A DNA stretch of 64,000 nucleotides from Catajapyx aquilonaris (Eukaryota): contig KZ538089.1 of the NCBI GenBank assembly GCA_000934665.2, positions 1 to 64,000 on the forward strand, read 5' to 3'. Below, piece after piece: positions 42,901 through 53,090 of this stretch. Every line of letters starts with the position of its first letter. The first letter of the stretch is position 1. The notes under the pieces were generated by a model. The model saw nothing but the letters and a program-made list of their open reading frames with translations, searched no databases and was not told where the DNA came from. A program made the position numbers and the translations under genes.

Positions 42901-45415
42901 TGGAATCTGCATCATTGTATAGACTTATACACCGAGTATAAATTCAGCTCGACGCGAACATAATTATTTTGTACGGCGCTGCTAATGGTCTTCGGCTATA
43001 TTGTTCAATATATCTGACCATTCAATCAAAATATCCTAAAAACGTGACAAGTAGTCTACTGTATTTTTGACACATTGGCTGCCTTTGTTGCCATATCCAC
43101 TGAGAGTATACAGACGAGAGTAATTTGTCAGAGTTTTTTGTGTGCACTGAAGACGTCTAGTTTGTGAGCATTATTCCTGGATGGGTCCGATTGGAACCCT
43201 TTAAATTTCTTCTTTTTTTATTTATGATTTTTACCTTCCCACGTTGGAATAAGTCTAGGCCTCCGTCAGTCTCAAGGCAATACATAAAAGGTCCTGATTT
43301 ATCAGCTGTGCCGGGACTGACACTGGAGGAATGAAAAATTTGCTGCGCTCCCCAAGGAGAGTGAGTTTTTCTGTGCCGCTCAGCAACACTATTTGGACCA
43401 CAGTAGTCCCAACGCCGTTTCATTATTCCTCCCGGTCACTTTTGGAATAAAAGTCTCAATTATGACTGCACTGGAGGGCACCTTAACCAGGCAACTGGTT
43501 GCTGAAGGCTTGCTGGAAGTAATAAGTAAAAACAATGAAAAAAAAAATTGAAAAAGGGTCGCAGACTCTCTTTTTTTCCTATGAGAAGGTGGGGCAAGCT
43601 GGGCAAGAAAAATGCACAGGAGAAACATTTATGTTGGTGTTATGGCGAATAGCCCTGGGCTGTGTGTACAAGTTGGCGAAACTTGTCTGACCCGCCTTCG
43701 GGGTGAAGGTCGCAAAATTTGTGAAAAGAGACGGGGGGGGGGGGGGGNGGAATTAGACAATGCAAACAGTCTATATAGTAAGTGCCTTAATATTGCATTA
43801 CAGTTTGCCACTCTCCAAATCACGCACCCTTTCGTTTTTAAGCAGTACTATACAACTGCATGCAAGTAGCAGCAGGCATTTTTTTGTCACGTATTTAAGT
43901 AACTATTGCAATGCCTGGAGCACGACGACAAAAACCACGTGTTTTTGCTGCATTTGTGCTGAAAAAATCCGGAGTGTTGAGTATCTTGAGGAAATCTGAA
44001 TGAATAATTGCCATGGTAATAACTAATAACTTAATATGGTATTTCCTCTTTGCAAGTGACAGAAGACTTCCTACATATCAACACAAACGTCTCGAACAAA
44101 AACATTCTTTCATAAGCGTGTGTGATTATTCATATATAACCCTATATAGGCTTGCAAGTACACCATGATGCTTATAAATAATTTTTGTAGCACTATACAT
44201 ACACTGGTGCACCATGTGATGTACGCGCTCATTAAGAGTCTGTTACGTTGCCTGATCATGATGGCCTTCCTGTGTTGTACGCATTTACGACCCAGAGATA
44301 TTACGATGGGGGAGTAATAAAGGCGGCAGGGCAGCCTCCAGTTATTGGCGTAAACGTATATTATATATAGACGAGCTGCTGCTTCTCGAGCTTAAATCTA
44401 TCCAGAGGGTGTGATGATCGAGATACGTGATGGTATACTCATGTTGAGGAGACGCTTCCAGGTGGGTCCTGCCGGCCGATTAATGAGTGAGATCAGGTCT
44501 CGCTCGTTTTCCACCGATACATTGGAGCTATTACAAATGATCGTTTAGTGCTGTCGTTACCATAGAATCTAACACCTTCTTTATTATGGTAATCCACAAT
44601 ATTTGGGTGCCTTGTGGCCCCAGTTGCCTTGGCACCGCCAATAAACTGATGAGCCAACAATATTTGGAGCACATGCTGCGATGGCCTCGGGGCATCAAGA
44701 TGGGCCATTAGTCAGCTGATAAATTTTAGAGGCAAATAATAATAAAAGAAATACCTGGGAGGGATGAAAACGCTGCTGACCTTAATGAATCATTTAACAT
44801 ATGGATAATGATGACGATGGCAGGCAAGATAATTATATTAATAGCAAACTCTGTCTATAACGGAAGCTTTTGTTCGGTTTCAGCTCATTTTTGACTGATG
44901 ACTGCGAGGAAGCTCCGCAAATTGAGCTTATATTTTTAGTGGTGTGGCATCGGTGGTGTGTCGGAGACGACAGAAGGTGAGTTTAACCTTGGGTTATATA
45001 TGTGTACGGTTGAGCTGCTGTGATGAGCAGTTACCATGGTAAGCAAAGCAGGGAAAATAACTGCGGAGAGAGAAAGCGGTGATGGTTGGCAGACAGGAAA
45101 AGGGCCACAAGGTCCCTCGGCATCAGCACAATTGCTGCTGTGCTGCCACAACATCCAGCCCAGCATATCCTCTATTTTCCGAATTAGACTCTTACCTTGA
45201 CCTTGATTCCCCGCGACTTTGACTCACTGGGCGTAGGTTAAATTGGTTTCGGATACTCCAAATTACTGCTGGGGATGGTTTCATAAATTAATTTGAATCA
45301 CAAAGGGCCGGTTTGGTAATGTTTGGGAAGAAAAAAAAAGTTGCGATATGATCGATCATAATATCAGGTTGAAGTTATTACATCGAATTACATCAGAGCA
45401 AATGCTAAGACTATA

Positions 45416-45608
45416 CAGGGTGTTCCTCTGCCCATGTTGACGATCCGAAGAGTGGGGAAGAGTTGATGGATTAGTCACTTCTGAGTCGAATCAACTCAAA
45501 TCCAGACTCGGGGGGTATAATTTTTTTTTTCATGCCTCCAACTTTATTTACCAGGGGTGACTTTTCTATCACTCCCTCTTTGATCGTCAACTTGGGCAGA
45601 ACACCCTG
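45416..45608. mobile_element. MITE, Tc1/mariner-type (193 bp, TA target duplication)
   Basis: Left end is TA|CAGGGTGTTCCTCTGCCCATGTTGACGATC. The reverse complement of the right end is CAGGGTGTTCTGCCCAAGTTGACGATC (one short indel, one mismatch), and the element is followed by TA. Confidence 0.85.
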
Positions 45609-48600
45609 TATAGTGCGCGTTTGTGGCCAATATCAAGCAAGATCATAATGACCCTGTGTCATAATTACAGAGCTATACAGTGCATGGTTTTCCTCATCTG
45701 TATATAATGCAGAAAGTGTACAGAAGCCTGTGTAATTAAGGCCCTTTTTATGGCCCTCTGTAAATTATACGTATTGTCGGTATTGATGTTCAATTATAGA
45801 ATAAGACTGTAAAACCCATCGTCTCTATTAATTTTCTGATTCATAAATAAACTGCTGTGCTTCAGTAATGGCTTGATAGTACACTTTGTTGAGTCAATAT
45901 AACTGGTGAAAATCACCATCTTGATTGTCGATAGATTATAATTTATTGATATATTCTTCAATAGTGTTTACAGCAATTAAGACACGGCAAACACGGTATA
46001 TAAGAAGAAATTCTTATACGGCGTCAAACACATTGCAAGAACTACAGGTTTGACACTATATACTACATAGCCTTATCCTGCACTCATCGCTGCCTTTCTA
46101 AAGTACCGGTGTATAAGGCGTCATGTACGGCCTGTGTAAGCTGACAGATCGGATACATCTCTGCTTCGGGAATAATGCGCTAATCTCTGAGCAGCTCTCC
46201 GTAAATTTGCAGAGTTCCATCATGCACAAAATTCAGTGCGGCTGTTATTACACAAATCCAGCTTTCCCCGTTCTTTTGAGCGACCATCAGTTCCTGTTCA
46301 CTTCAAAATGCAATTGCCGTTAGAGAAATTATCAAATTGTCTGATTTTGTAAAAATCATAACACGGAGAACCAGCATGTAATATTTATTCCCGACCAAAT
46401 AATGGGCAAGCTAAAGCGATGTAATATTATGCTATTCTTATAGGACAATGCTAAATAGCGCATGCCCTCTGGATCTGCCTTGCAAGTCATTACGGATTTT
46501 ATTTTAGCGAGCAAAATATTCCACAGAAAGTTGCACTCGAAGAATGGATTTTTATTTTGGACGTGTTTTAAACACTTCTTGAATCAAATATTTGTTATGG
46601 AAGTGCACGCGTGAACCAAAATGAAGGGTTTGCCAAAATTATTGCCATTGTTGGCGAAATCATAATATACTGCCCTGAACCTCTTACCCGCAGGAAATAA
46701 AGATCCGACGAATCATATACAGAATTGACATGATTGTGTGACACCACCACCCTATATAAATAAGTTGACTCATCGCCTAGGAAGTAGTAACCAGCATAAT
46801 TTTTGACTTTCCAAGTTCAACAATAATATTAGAGCCTCTATAACGGTCAGGGGGTGGGGCACACTTTCAAAGGAGGCAAGAAGCGTGCTGGTTATAGCGC
46901 CCTGGTGGGCTTTGTCCGCAGGGTGACTCATCACCAACGTGCATATAGTACTACTTTCCCCCTGAGCACGGGAGTAGTGTCCAGAGGAGCAGCCTACGCG
47001 CCAACTGGTAGGGGCCTATCGTACTACGTCCAAGTGGGGGGGGGGGAGAATGGGCCAGGCAGTGTTGCCAAAATTTGGCAACGGGTCAGCTACTAATATC
47101 AGTTACCAGGAAATATATTTCTTATCGAGGAAATGTAGTTTCCATAAATTTTTTACTTGGTTGCGTGAGGGTATTAGACGATAAGATCTAGTTTTCTTCC
47201 ACTCTCAAAATCTATCCTCGTCAATGAATTAAAAAAATACGAATCACATGTACGAAAAGCTGAGTTATTGCCTCCTAAAATGAAGACTGAATTATTGCTC
47301 TCTTATATGCGGAGTATGGTCTACTGTAATTTTAATAAGGCTCCTTACTTACATCGGTGCAGTCTCGGGTACGCAGTATTAGGCTACATAATAAAGGAAT
47401 AACCCTTTAAATATTTTGGTATTTGCCTGGCGTTATAAGCTGTACTGATATTCGCCTTGAGATATGTTTTTGCGAAATCGAGCCCTGTTGGGTTATGTTT
47501 GGTTAGGTTACTTTTAAGTACTTAAATGTTATCAGAAATGGTTTCAATTGATTATTTAAATATGAAAAAACATGCCCTCTTGTAGTGATATATTCCACAA
47601 TCACTTTAAATAAGCAGACATGAGTTGCTAGATTGTCACGCGATCTTCTCTCAGGGCTAATTGACCTAAGGCATATTACATATTACCACCTATGTAATTG
47701 AGAATGATGTAATGTGCCCCACCAACCAGCAGTGCGTAAGTGCTGCCTGAAGTGACAAACTATTTCGTTGCACATACATATAGTTTAGTGCTGGAGGGAT
47801 CACTGGCAGCCTAGAAGTGAAGGATTGAAATGATTGATAGAAAATTCACGCCAAATAACCCGCAGGCTAATGAGATAAATAGTGGGCATACATAGTAGCA
47901 TTTATTGTTCCAAGTTTGAAGCTTGACCGTGGGCAAAAATCGTCATGCGTGTATGTATAGCATTTTGATGGAGCATCCAGACGTTAGTTGAAATCACTTT
48001 TCTCTCCGCCGAATTCGCCATTTAGCATTTGATGGAATGCCACTCGACATGTCGCAAAATCATTCATTTACACATACACCATACACCGTATACTGAGAGG
48101 ATATGTATAGCTATCGGAAAGAGAAGGATGTACAGTACGTTATCTTGACATGTCCACAGATACACTGTATATAGTTGCCATGCTGGAAACCCATCACTCC
48201 TCACGATTCATTATTAGCGCATGTGACGATGGTGTGCCTCACAAAACGCCAAGGCCGGTGAGGCCCGCCCGCCGCTGCTTCAGCTGGAATCTTTTACCCT
48301 TCTTTCCCTCTTGATGTCCTTTTTTTGGGGGGGAAAAAAGGTTTAAAAAAAACACACCTATACATTTCACTTGCCCCATTTTCGAAAAATTCCTGCATTT
48401 ATTCAACACTCTCATAAAACGGCAGCCGATCTAAGTTATTCCCCGTTAGGATGCAAATGAGCTTTAAGGGTATGAATATATGGCCTCTTGAAACAGAAAT
48501 TAAGGTCCGGATGATGAAATAATGCATCGAAAAACACGCTTTTTAATGCAAGTCCATGACCCGAATATTTCGGGTATATGTCGTGCTTATGATTTTACAC

Positions 48601-51232
48601 AAAAGTTTATGCGGAGTTGTTTATTTTCTTCTTCTTCTTCTGATGTTTTTTTTCTGGAAATTATCTCCAAGAACTATAATGGCGCACGAGTGCTTATTTA
48701 TCTATTAGTTCCGCAAGTCAGCGGGAGGGAACGTGCAATTAAGGCAAGTCTTGTGTCTTAGTTCTTCTGTTTGCATAGCAGGTTCTCCCCCTTCACCTCC
48801 CCAAAACTTCGATATCTCTTTTTCTTTGCCAACGTTTGCCGAGGTATATTTCAAGATTCGGGGGTCCGATAAGCTAATCAAGCAATGGGGCGGCAGCCTT
48901 GAAGGAGCTGCTACCTTATATACCTGAGATCGCACCACAAGAGAGAGATAGATAGAAAAAAGCGGAGCATTTCCATGTCCATTGTGGTTTTTTGTGTCCG
49001 GATTGTAAACTCATCAGAGATGCTCTCCACGGAAATAATCAAAAGAGCACCACTTCATTATTGTCGCTCCCAATTTCCTTCACATATCCTGGTAATATGC
49101 ACGGAATATAAATAATGCACGTGCTCGTCTCTTTTTTGGCGATGTTGATGCTGCTGATGGAGAGATGTGCACTCCAGGGTCAGATTTTTACATTTAAAAA
49201 AATAAAGTGTTAGTGGTCTAACTTGCAGCAATCGGACAAGTATTTTGGATCATCCTGCTGTACACAGTGAGGATAAATGATATAGGCAGTTGAAACTTTG
49301 ATAAGCAGGGACAGTTTGTAAATCACGCAAGATACGAGCAGTTTTTAACAAAAATCAATCAATCGAGTTACGTATACCATTGAAAGTTTTATATCTGGTT
49401 GTATGAGCAAGTGCATGTAGATTAATAGCTTCCTTTATGTATACATTAAATATCAGTTGTGGTATGCCTCTTTTTCTACTCGAAACACGATCACGCAAAA
49501 CGAATACAGTAAATAATTCCAGGGCTTATTAAAGCCATCTCAATTGGACATAGGCTACACGATTTCAATTAGGCGACTGTTTGTGTACACATGCAGTAAT
49601 TCTTCTTAACTTGTTTTTTCTTACAAGAGTAGTACTTATATACTGTATGATGTCTGCTTCTAATTTATGAGGAAGATTCAGACATTGTACTGCGTAATAG
49701 GACATGCATGGACCTGGCTTCCAGTTTCTCCCCCTATAATTAAGCTTAATACGCGACGCATTTACCCAATAGCAATGGTTTTTAATTGCGTTCCTCTCAT
49801 TAACGTCACGAACAGCAACATAATATATAAAAGCACTGCAGACCTGCATATGTGAAACATCTGCTGGAGGACAAAATGGTATATGTTGTATCAATATGAA
49901 GAAGCCTGTGTGGGTGGAGGGACAAAACCATATTATACATTTACTGCCATAAAAATTATATTCCTTATTAGATATTTTGTGATACGTTTATGACGATATG
50001 CAGGTTGAATGATTATATCGACATCTTTACGGCATTTGTTTCCCGGCTCTCAGCATAGCACAGATGCCGGGAATGTAGTCTCATGTTGATGTAAGTTATA
50101 ACCTATAAATGCAGGAAGAAGTGGCATATGCAGTAAGAACCCTGTGAAAATGGGTGAATCGAAATGTTCCTCCAAACTTTGCATTTGCACGTACTCAATG
50201 CAGGCAATTGATGGCCTGGGTATTTCCCCCCCCCCTCCCCCCCTCTTCTAAATCAGGGTAACTGTAATAAACCTATGCGAGATTATAGTGAAGCAGTGGC
50301 GCAATAGTTTTTTTTTGTTCTGCTTGTGCTGGATTCGCAAAAAAAAAAAGTTGCAGATGGTTTTACGGTTGTTCTTATCGGTGTATTATGTTTTCCGGAT
50401 TAAACCATTGTAAATGTTTAATGCCAGACGTGCACAAAAAAATAATCGTAAAATGCTATACATTATGGTTGCAAAGTAAAAGTTACCAGCAGCCTAAAAA
50501 TACAGTTTGATCATACGACTGCATGATAGCCCTATGAATACTACAGTATGTGACACTGTATTTGCTGATACGGAATCAGATGAACAATTTCTACATTAGG
50601 ATTGATAACCCTGTGCTCTACATGAAGCTAAAAAAAATTACCATGCTATACAGATACGCCACTGTTTTACTAATCTGGTAGGTTATACGACGGTTGTGCC
50701 ATTGAAAGGAACTCGTCGACAAAGAGCATTGTTGGCGGTAATTGTAAGAATTGGGGCTCTAAATTGCGTAGACATTTCAGAGCCTCAGTGGACCGTCATG
50801 GACTATGAACAACAATGAACGACTGGAAAAATCCTTAGTTGTCATTCAATGGCACTGTCCAGCCTTACTCTGATTTTAGGCCCAAATGAAGTTACCGTTG
50901 TTGTCATTGCTAAGCCAAGTGACATCAACATTGGATGTCACTCGGACCTTTTTTTTTTTTTTAAAAAATGAGAGTGTGGCATCTACAATAAAGATTGTGG
51001 TCCACGCACTGAGACGAATGTTCACCAATGATTTCGCGGATACAATGAAATGAAGAGGAGAGAGAGTAGGCGACAACAAGAGTTTGGAGGCAACATTTTG
51101 GACTCACCCTGTCTAGTCCTTGTGTCCGATCTAGATTTAGGGTCCAGACTGGTCGCCATACTGTTTTTGTCGCTCCTGCTCCCCCCTACCGACGGGCTAT
51201 TCTCTCTCTCAGTGGGTGGGTGGGTGGGTGAA

Positions 51233-51233
<1 letters not shown>

Positions 51234-51262
<29 letters not shown>
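51234..51262. repeat. (CT)n microsatellite in the putative promoter
   Basis: Direct reading of the sequence. Confidence 0.9.
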
Positions 51263-51263
<1 letters not shown>

Positions 51264-51592
51264 ATCCCCCCCATCCATCCTATACATATATACGAGGGTG
51301 GTTTGGGTTGGGTGTGTGGGGGAGCCCCTTGCCCAGCAGACCTGCCATCATCAGTCTCTCTCTCTCTCCCTGCCATTCGGGCCCGGCGCGTTGCCATTGT
51401 TATTGCCGTGACGTCACTCCTTCCAGGCGCTCCTATTGGCGGGCGAGAGAGGCGAAGTGGGAGGGGCCTAGTCCGCCTACCGGGCCGGGTCCGCATCAAT
51501 CAGTGTGGAGGGTCCTGTGGCGGCTTCAGGGCCGCTTTGGGACGGTCGGTCGGCGGGAAAGGAGGAATAGGGAAAAAGAGAGGCCTCTCAAG

Positions 51593-51655
51593 TGCTGCTG
51601 TTGTTGTTGGAGGAGTAGTAGTAGTATAGTAGAGAGGAGGAGGAGGAGGAGGAAG
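51593..51655 (+). repeat. Compound trinucleotide microsatellite (TGC/TGT/GTA/GGA) in the putative 5' UTR
   Basis: tgctgctgttgttgttggaggagtagtagtagtatagtagagaggaggaggaggaggaggaag. Confidence 0.85.
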
Positions 51656-51705
51656 AGAAGGACGATTCTCCGGCGAGTTATAGTGCGTTTGTAGTGTGCC
51701 GGGGC

Positions 51706-51729
51706 ATGTTCCGTCGTACTGCAGCATGA
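51706..51729 (+). other. Upstream ORF (MFRRTAA*) whose stop overlaps the spineless ATG (ATGA)
   Basis: ATG TTC CGT CGT ACT GCA GCA TGA. The TGA at 51727-51729 overlaps the main ATG at 51726-51728. It is the only upstream ATG between 51500 and the main start. Confidence 0.6.
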
Positions 51730-51781
51730 ACCAGCTGGGGACGGTGTACGCCACCAAAAGGCGACGGAGGAACGGAAAGAG
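51726..51781 (+). CDS. ss: First coding exon of spineless / aryl hydrocarbon receptor orthologue (bHLH-PAS transcription factor); partial gene
   Basis: Manual translation of ATG AAC CAG CTG GGG ACG GTG TAC GCC ACC AAA AGG CGA CGG AGG AAC GGA AAG AG gives MNQLGTVYATKRRRRNGK plus a split codon (AG|y = Ser). This matches, from recall, the Drosophila Spineless N-terminus MSQLGTVYATKRRRRNGKS. There is an in-frame upstream stop (TAG at 51681) and a strong donor AG|GTAAGC at 51782. Confidence 0.93.
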
Positions 51782-53057
51782 GTAAGCCACCCTGCTGTGC
51801 ACCTGTCGTTGACACGGCCAGGTTGCATACCCTCAGGGGGTGGGTGGGTGGGTGTGGGGTCAACACGTGGTGGTGGTGGATGGCCGATGATGAAACCGGT
51901 AGTGAGTGACAAGCATTGGCGTGCGGTTCGTGCCGAGGCGGCGGGTGGGTGTCGCTGCAAGAGTTGCGTGCTCTTTAAGGGGTGCTGGAGGATCCCTTAC
52001 ACTGGGGCTCCTTAAATGACTGCAGGCACGCCATTGTCCGTGAGCCTAGGCCCTATATACACCCCTCCCGAGCCCACATACCCGAGCATTACATGCCACT
52101 ACCCAGGTCAGGCTGCTTGCTTGCTGCTCTCTCCTACATAGACAGACAAGACACAACACGAAACTCTATCTCTAAAACCGGACTCTACTTGCATACAGTC
52201 CTCGGCTGGACCTGGCCGTGTTTGGGTGCAGAGTGCTGCTGCTGTATATACATGTGCTGTTCACGTGTGGTGCTGTGCTTTGTATCACTATAGGGCGGTA
52301 CAGTGCTACGCGGCAGGATATTGCGATGTGTGCCCAAGTCCACAAGTCCGACTGCAGCAGTCACAATCTGATGTGGTTGTTGCTTCGCGTCCCCTTGATT
52401 TGGACACTTTCTCATCTTATTGGACAGTGCACCACTGCATCGTAAAGTGCAACAACTGTTTAACTTAAACTCCCCTTAACTACACTAATGGTCAATTAGA
52501 CTAGTAGGCGAAACCGAGTGTTGGCAGGTGCAGTGCCGCATATAATTTAATAAATCTAGAACCAAAAAAATAAAAGCGCACTTCGGATTTACTTCTGCAA
52601 CGCAGTGTACCTTTCCGTCATATAACGCGGCTGATGATGTGAAATGATGCAGAGAACGGTAGCTAATTGCCCGAAATGATCCCGCGAGATACACAGCAAA
52701 GGCCTACATTTGTGCAGCGCGATATATACGCAGAAGCAGCAGCAGCAGCTATAAAGCACATCACGTTTACAACTCACCCCAGCAATAAAGATATCCATCT
52801 CACTATGCTGTCGACTTTGCAGTTATGGATTGGCTACTGCACTCTCTGGTTTTTTTCATCCAAGTTTTTTTTTAAAACCGCTACGCCTGACTCGCCACAT
52901 GTGTGCTGCACCTCCTCGAGCGCATTAAGTAATTCCTTGCACACAGCCGATAATCATCCGAAAATTCCCCCGGATCCTTTGACCAAATCCGATTAAGAGT
53001 TGTAATCGGAGAGATCCGTGTTTTAGTAACAAATTAATTCTCCTCTCTCGAAGGTTT

Positions 53058-53058
<1 letters not shown>

Positions 53059-53086
<28 letters not shown>
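53059..53086. repeat. (GA)14 microsatellite in intron 1
   Basis: Direct reading of the sequence. Confidence 0.9.

Positions 53087-53090
<4 letters not shown>

Larger units (their letters stand above)
1..51200. other. Gene-poor upstream intergenic region, probable cis-regulatory domain of spineless
   Basis: No recognisable coding sequence or RNA gene. GC-rich motif-dense blocks alternate with AT-rich spacers. The regulatory role is an inference, and small exons of other genes could have been missed. Confidence 0.5.
51200..51725 (+). promoter_or_regulatory. Putative spineless promoter and 5' UTR
   Basis: GC-rich region immediately upstream of the start codon. It contains (CT)n/GAGA tracts (51234-51262, 51356-51368), a CRE palindrome TGACGTCA (51409-51416), a reverse CCAAT (ATTGG, ~51435) and Inr-like TCAGT at 51351 and 51500. 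The TSS cannot be fixed from sequence; no correctly spaced DPE was seen. Confidence 0.6.

Noticed and set aside
44493..44708. Minus-strand ORF containing RHPNIV (kinase subdomain IV-like)
   Set aside because: No flanking kinase motifs (VAIK, alphaC Glu, HRD, DFG) and no evident exon context; likely chance.
46998..47011. CTCF-like motif (reverse complement CTACCAGTTGGCGC), with another partial match near 46896
   Set aside because: Mismatches at core positions or wrong spacing; cannot be called without a PWM scan or ChIP.
47060..47082. CAGTGTTGCCA hAT-like terminus within the palindrome GTTGCCAAAATTTGGCAAC
   Set aside because: No matching opposite TIR or 8-bp target duplication found.
51050..51694. 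Longest ORF in the track (214 aa, +)
   Set aside because: It translates microsatellites (SLSLSL, CCCCC, RRRRR) across the promoter and leader, stops before the ss start, and resembles no protein family.
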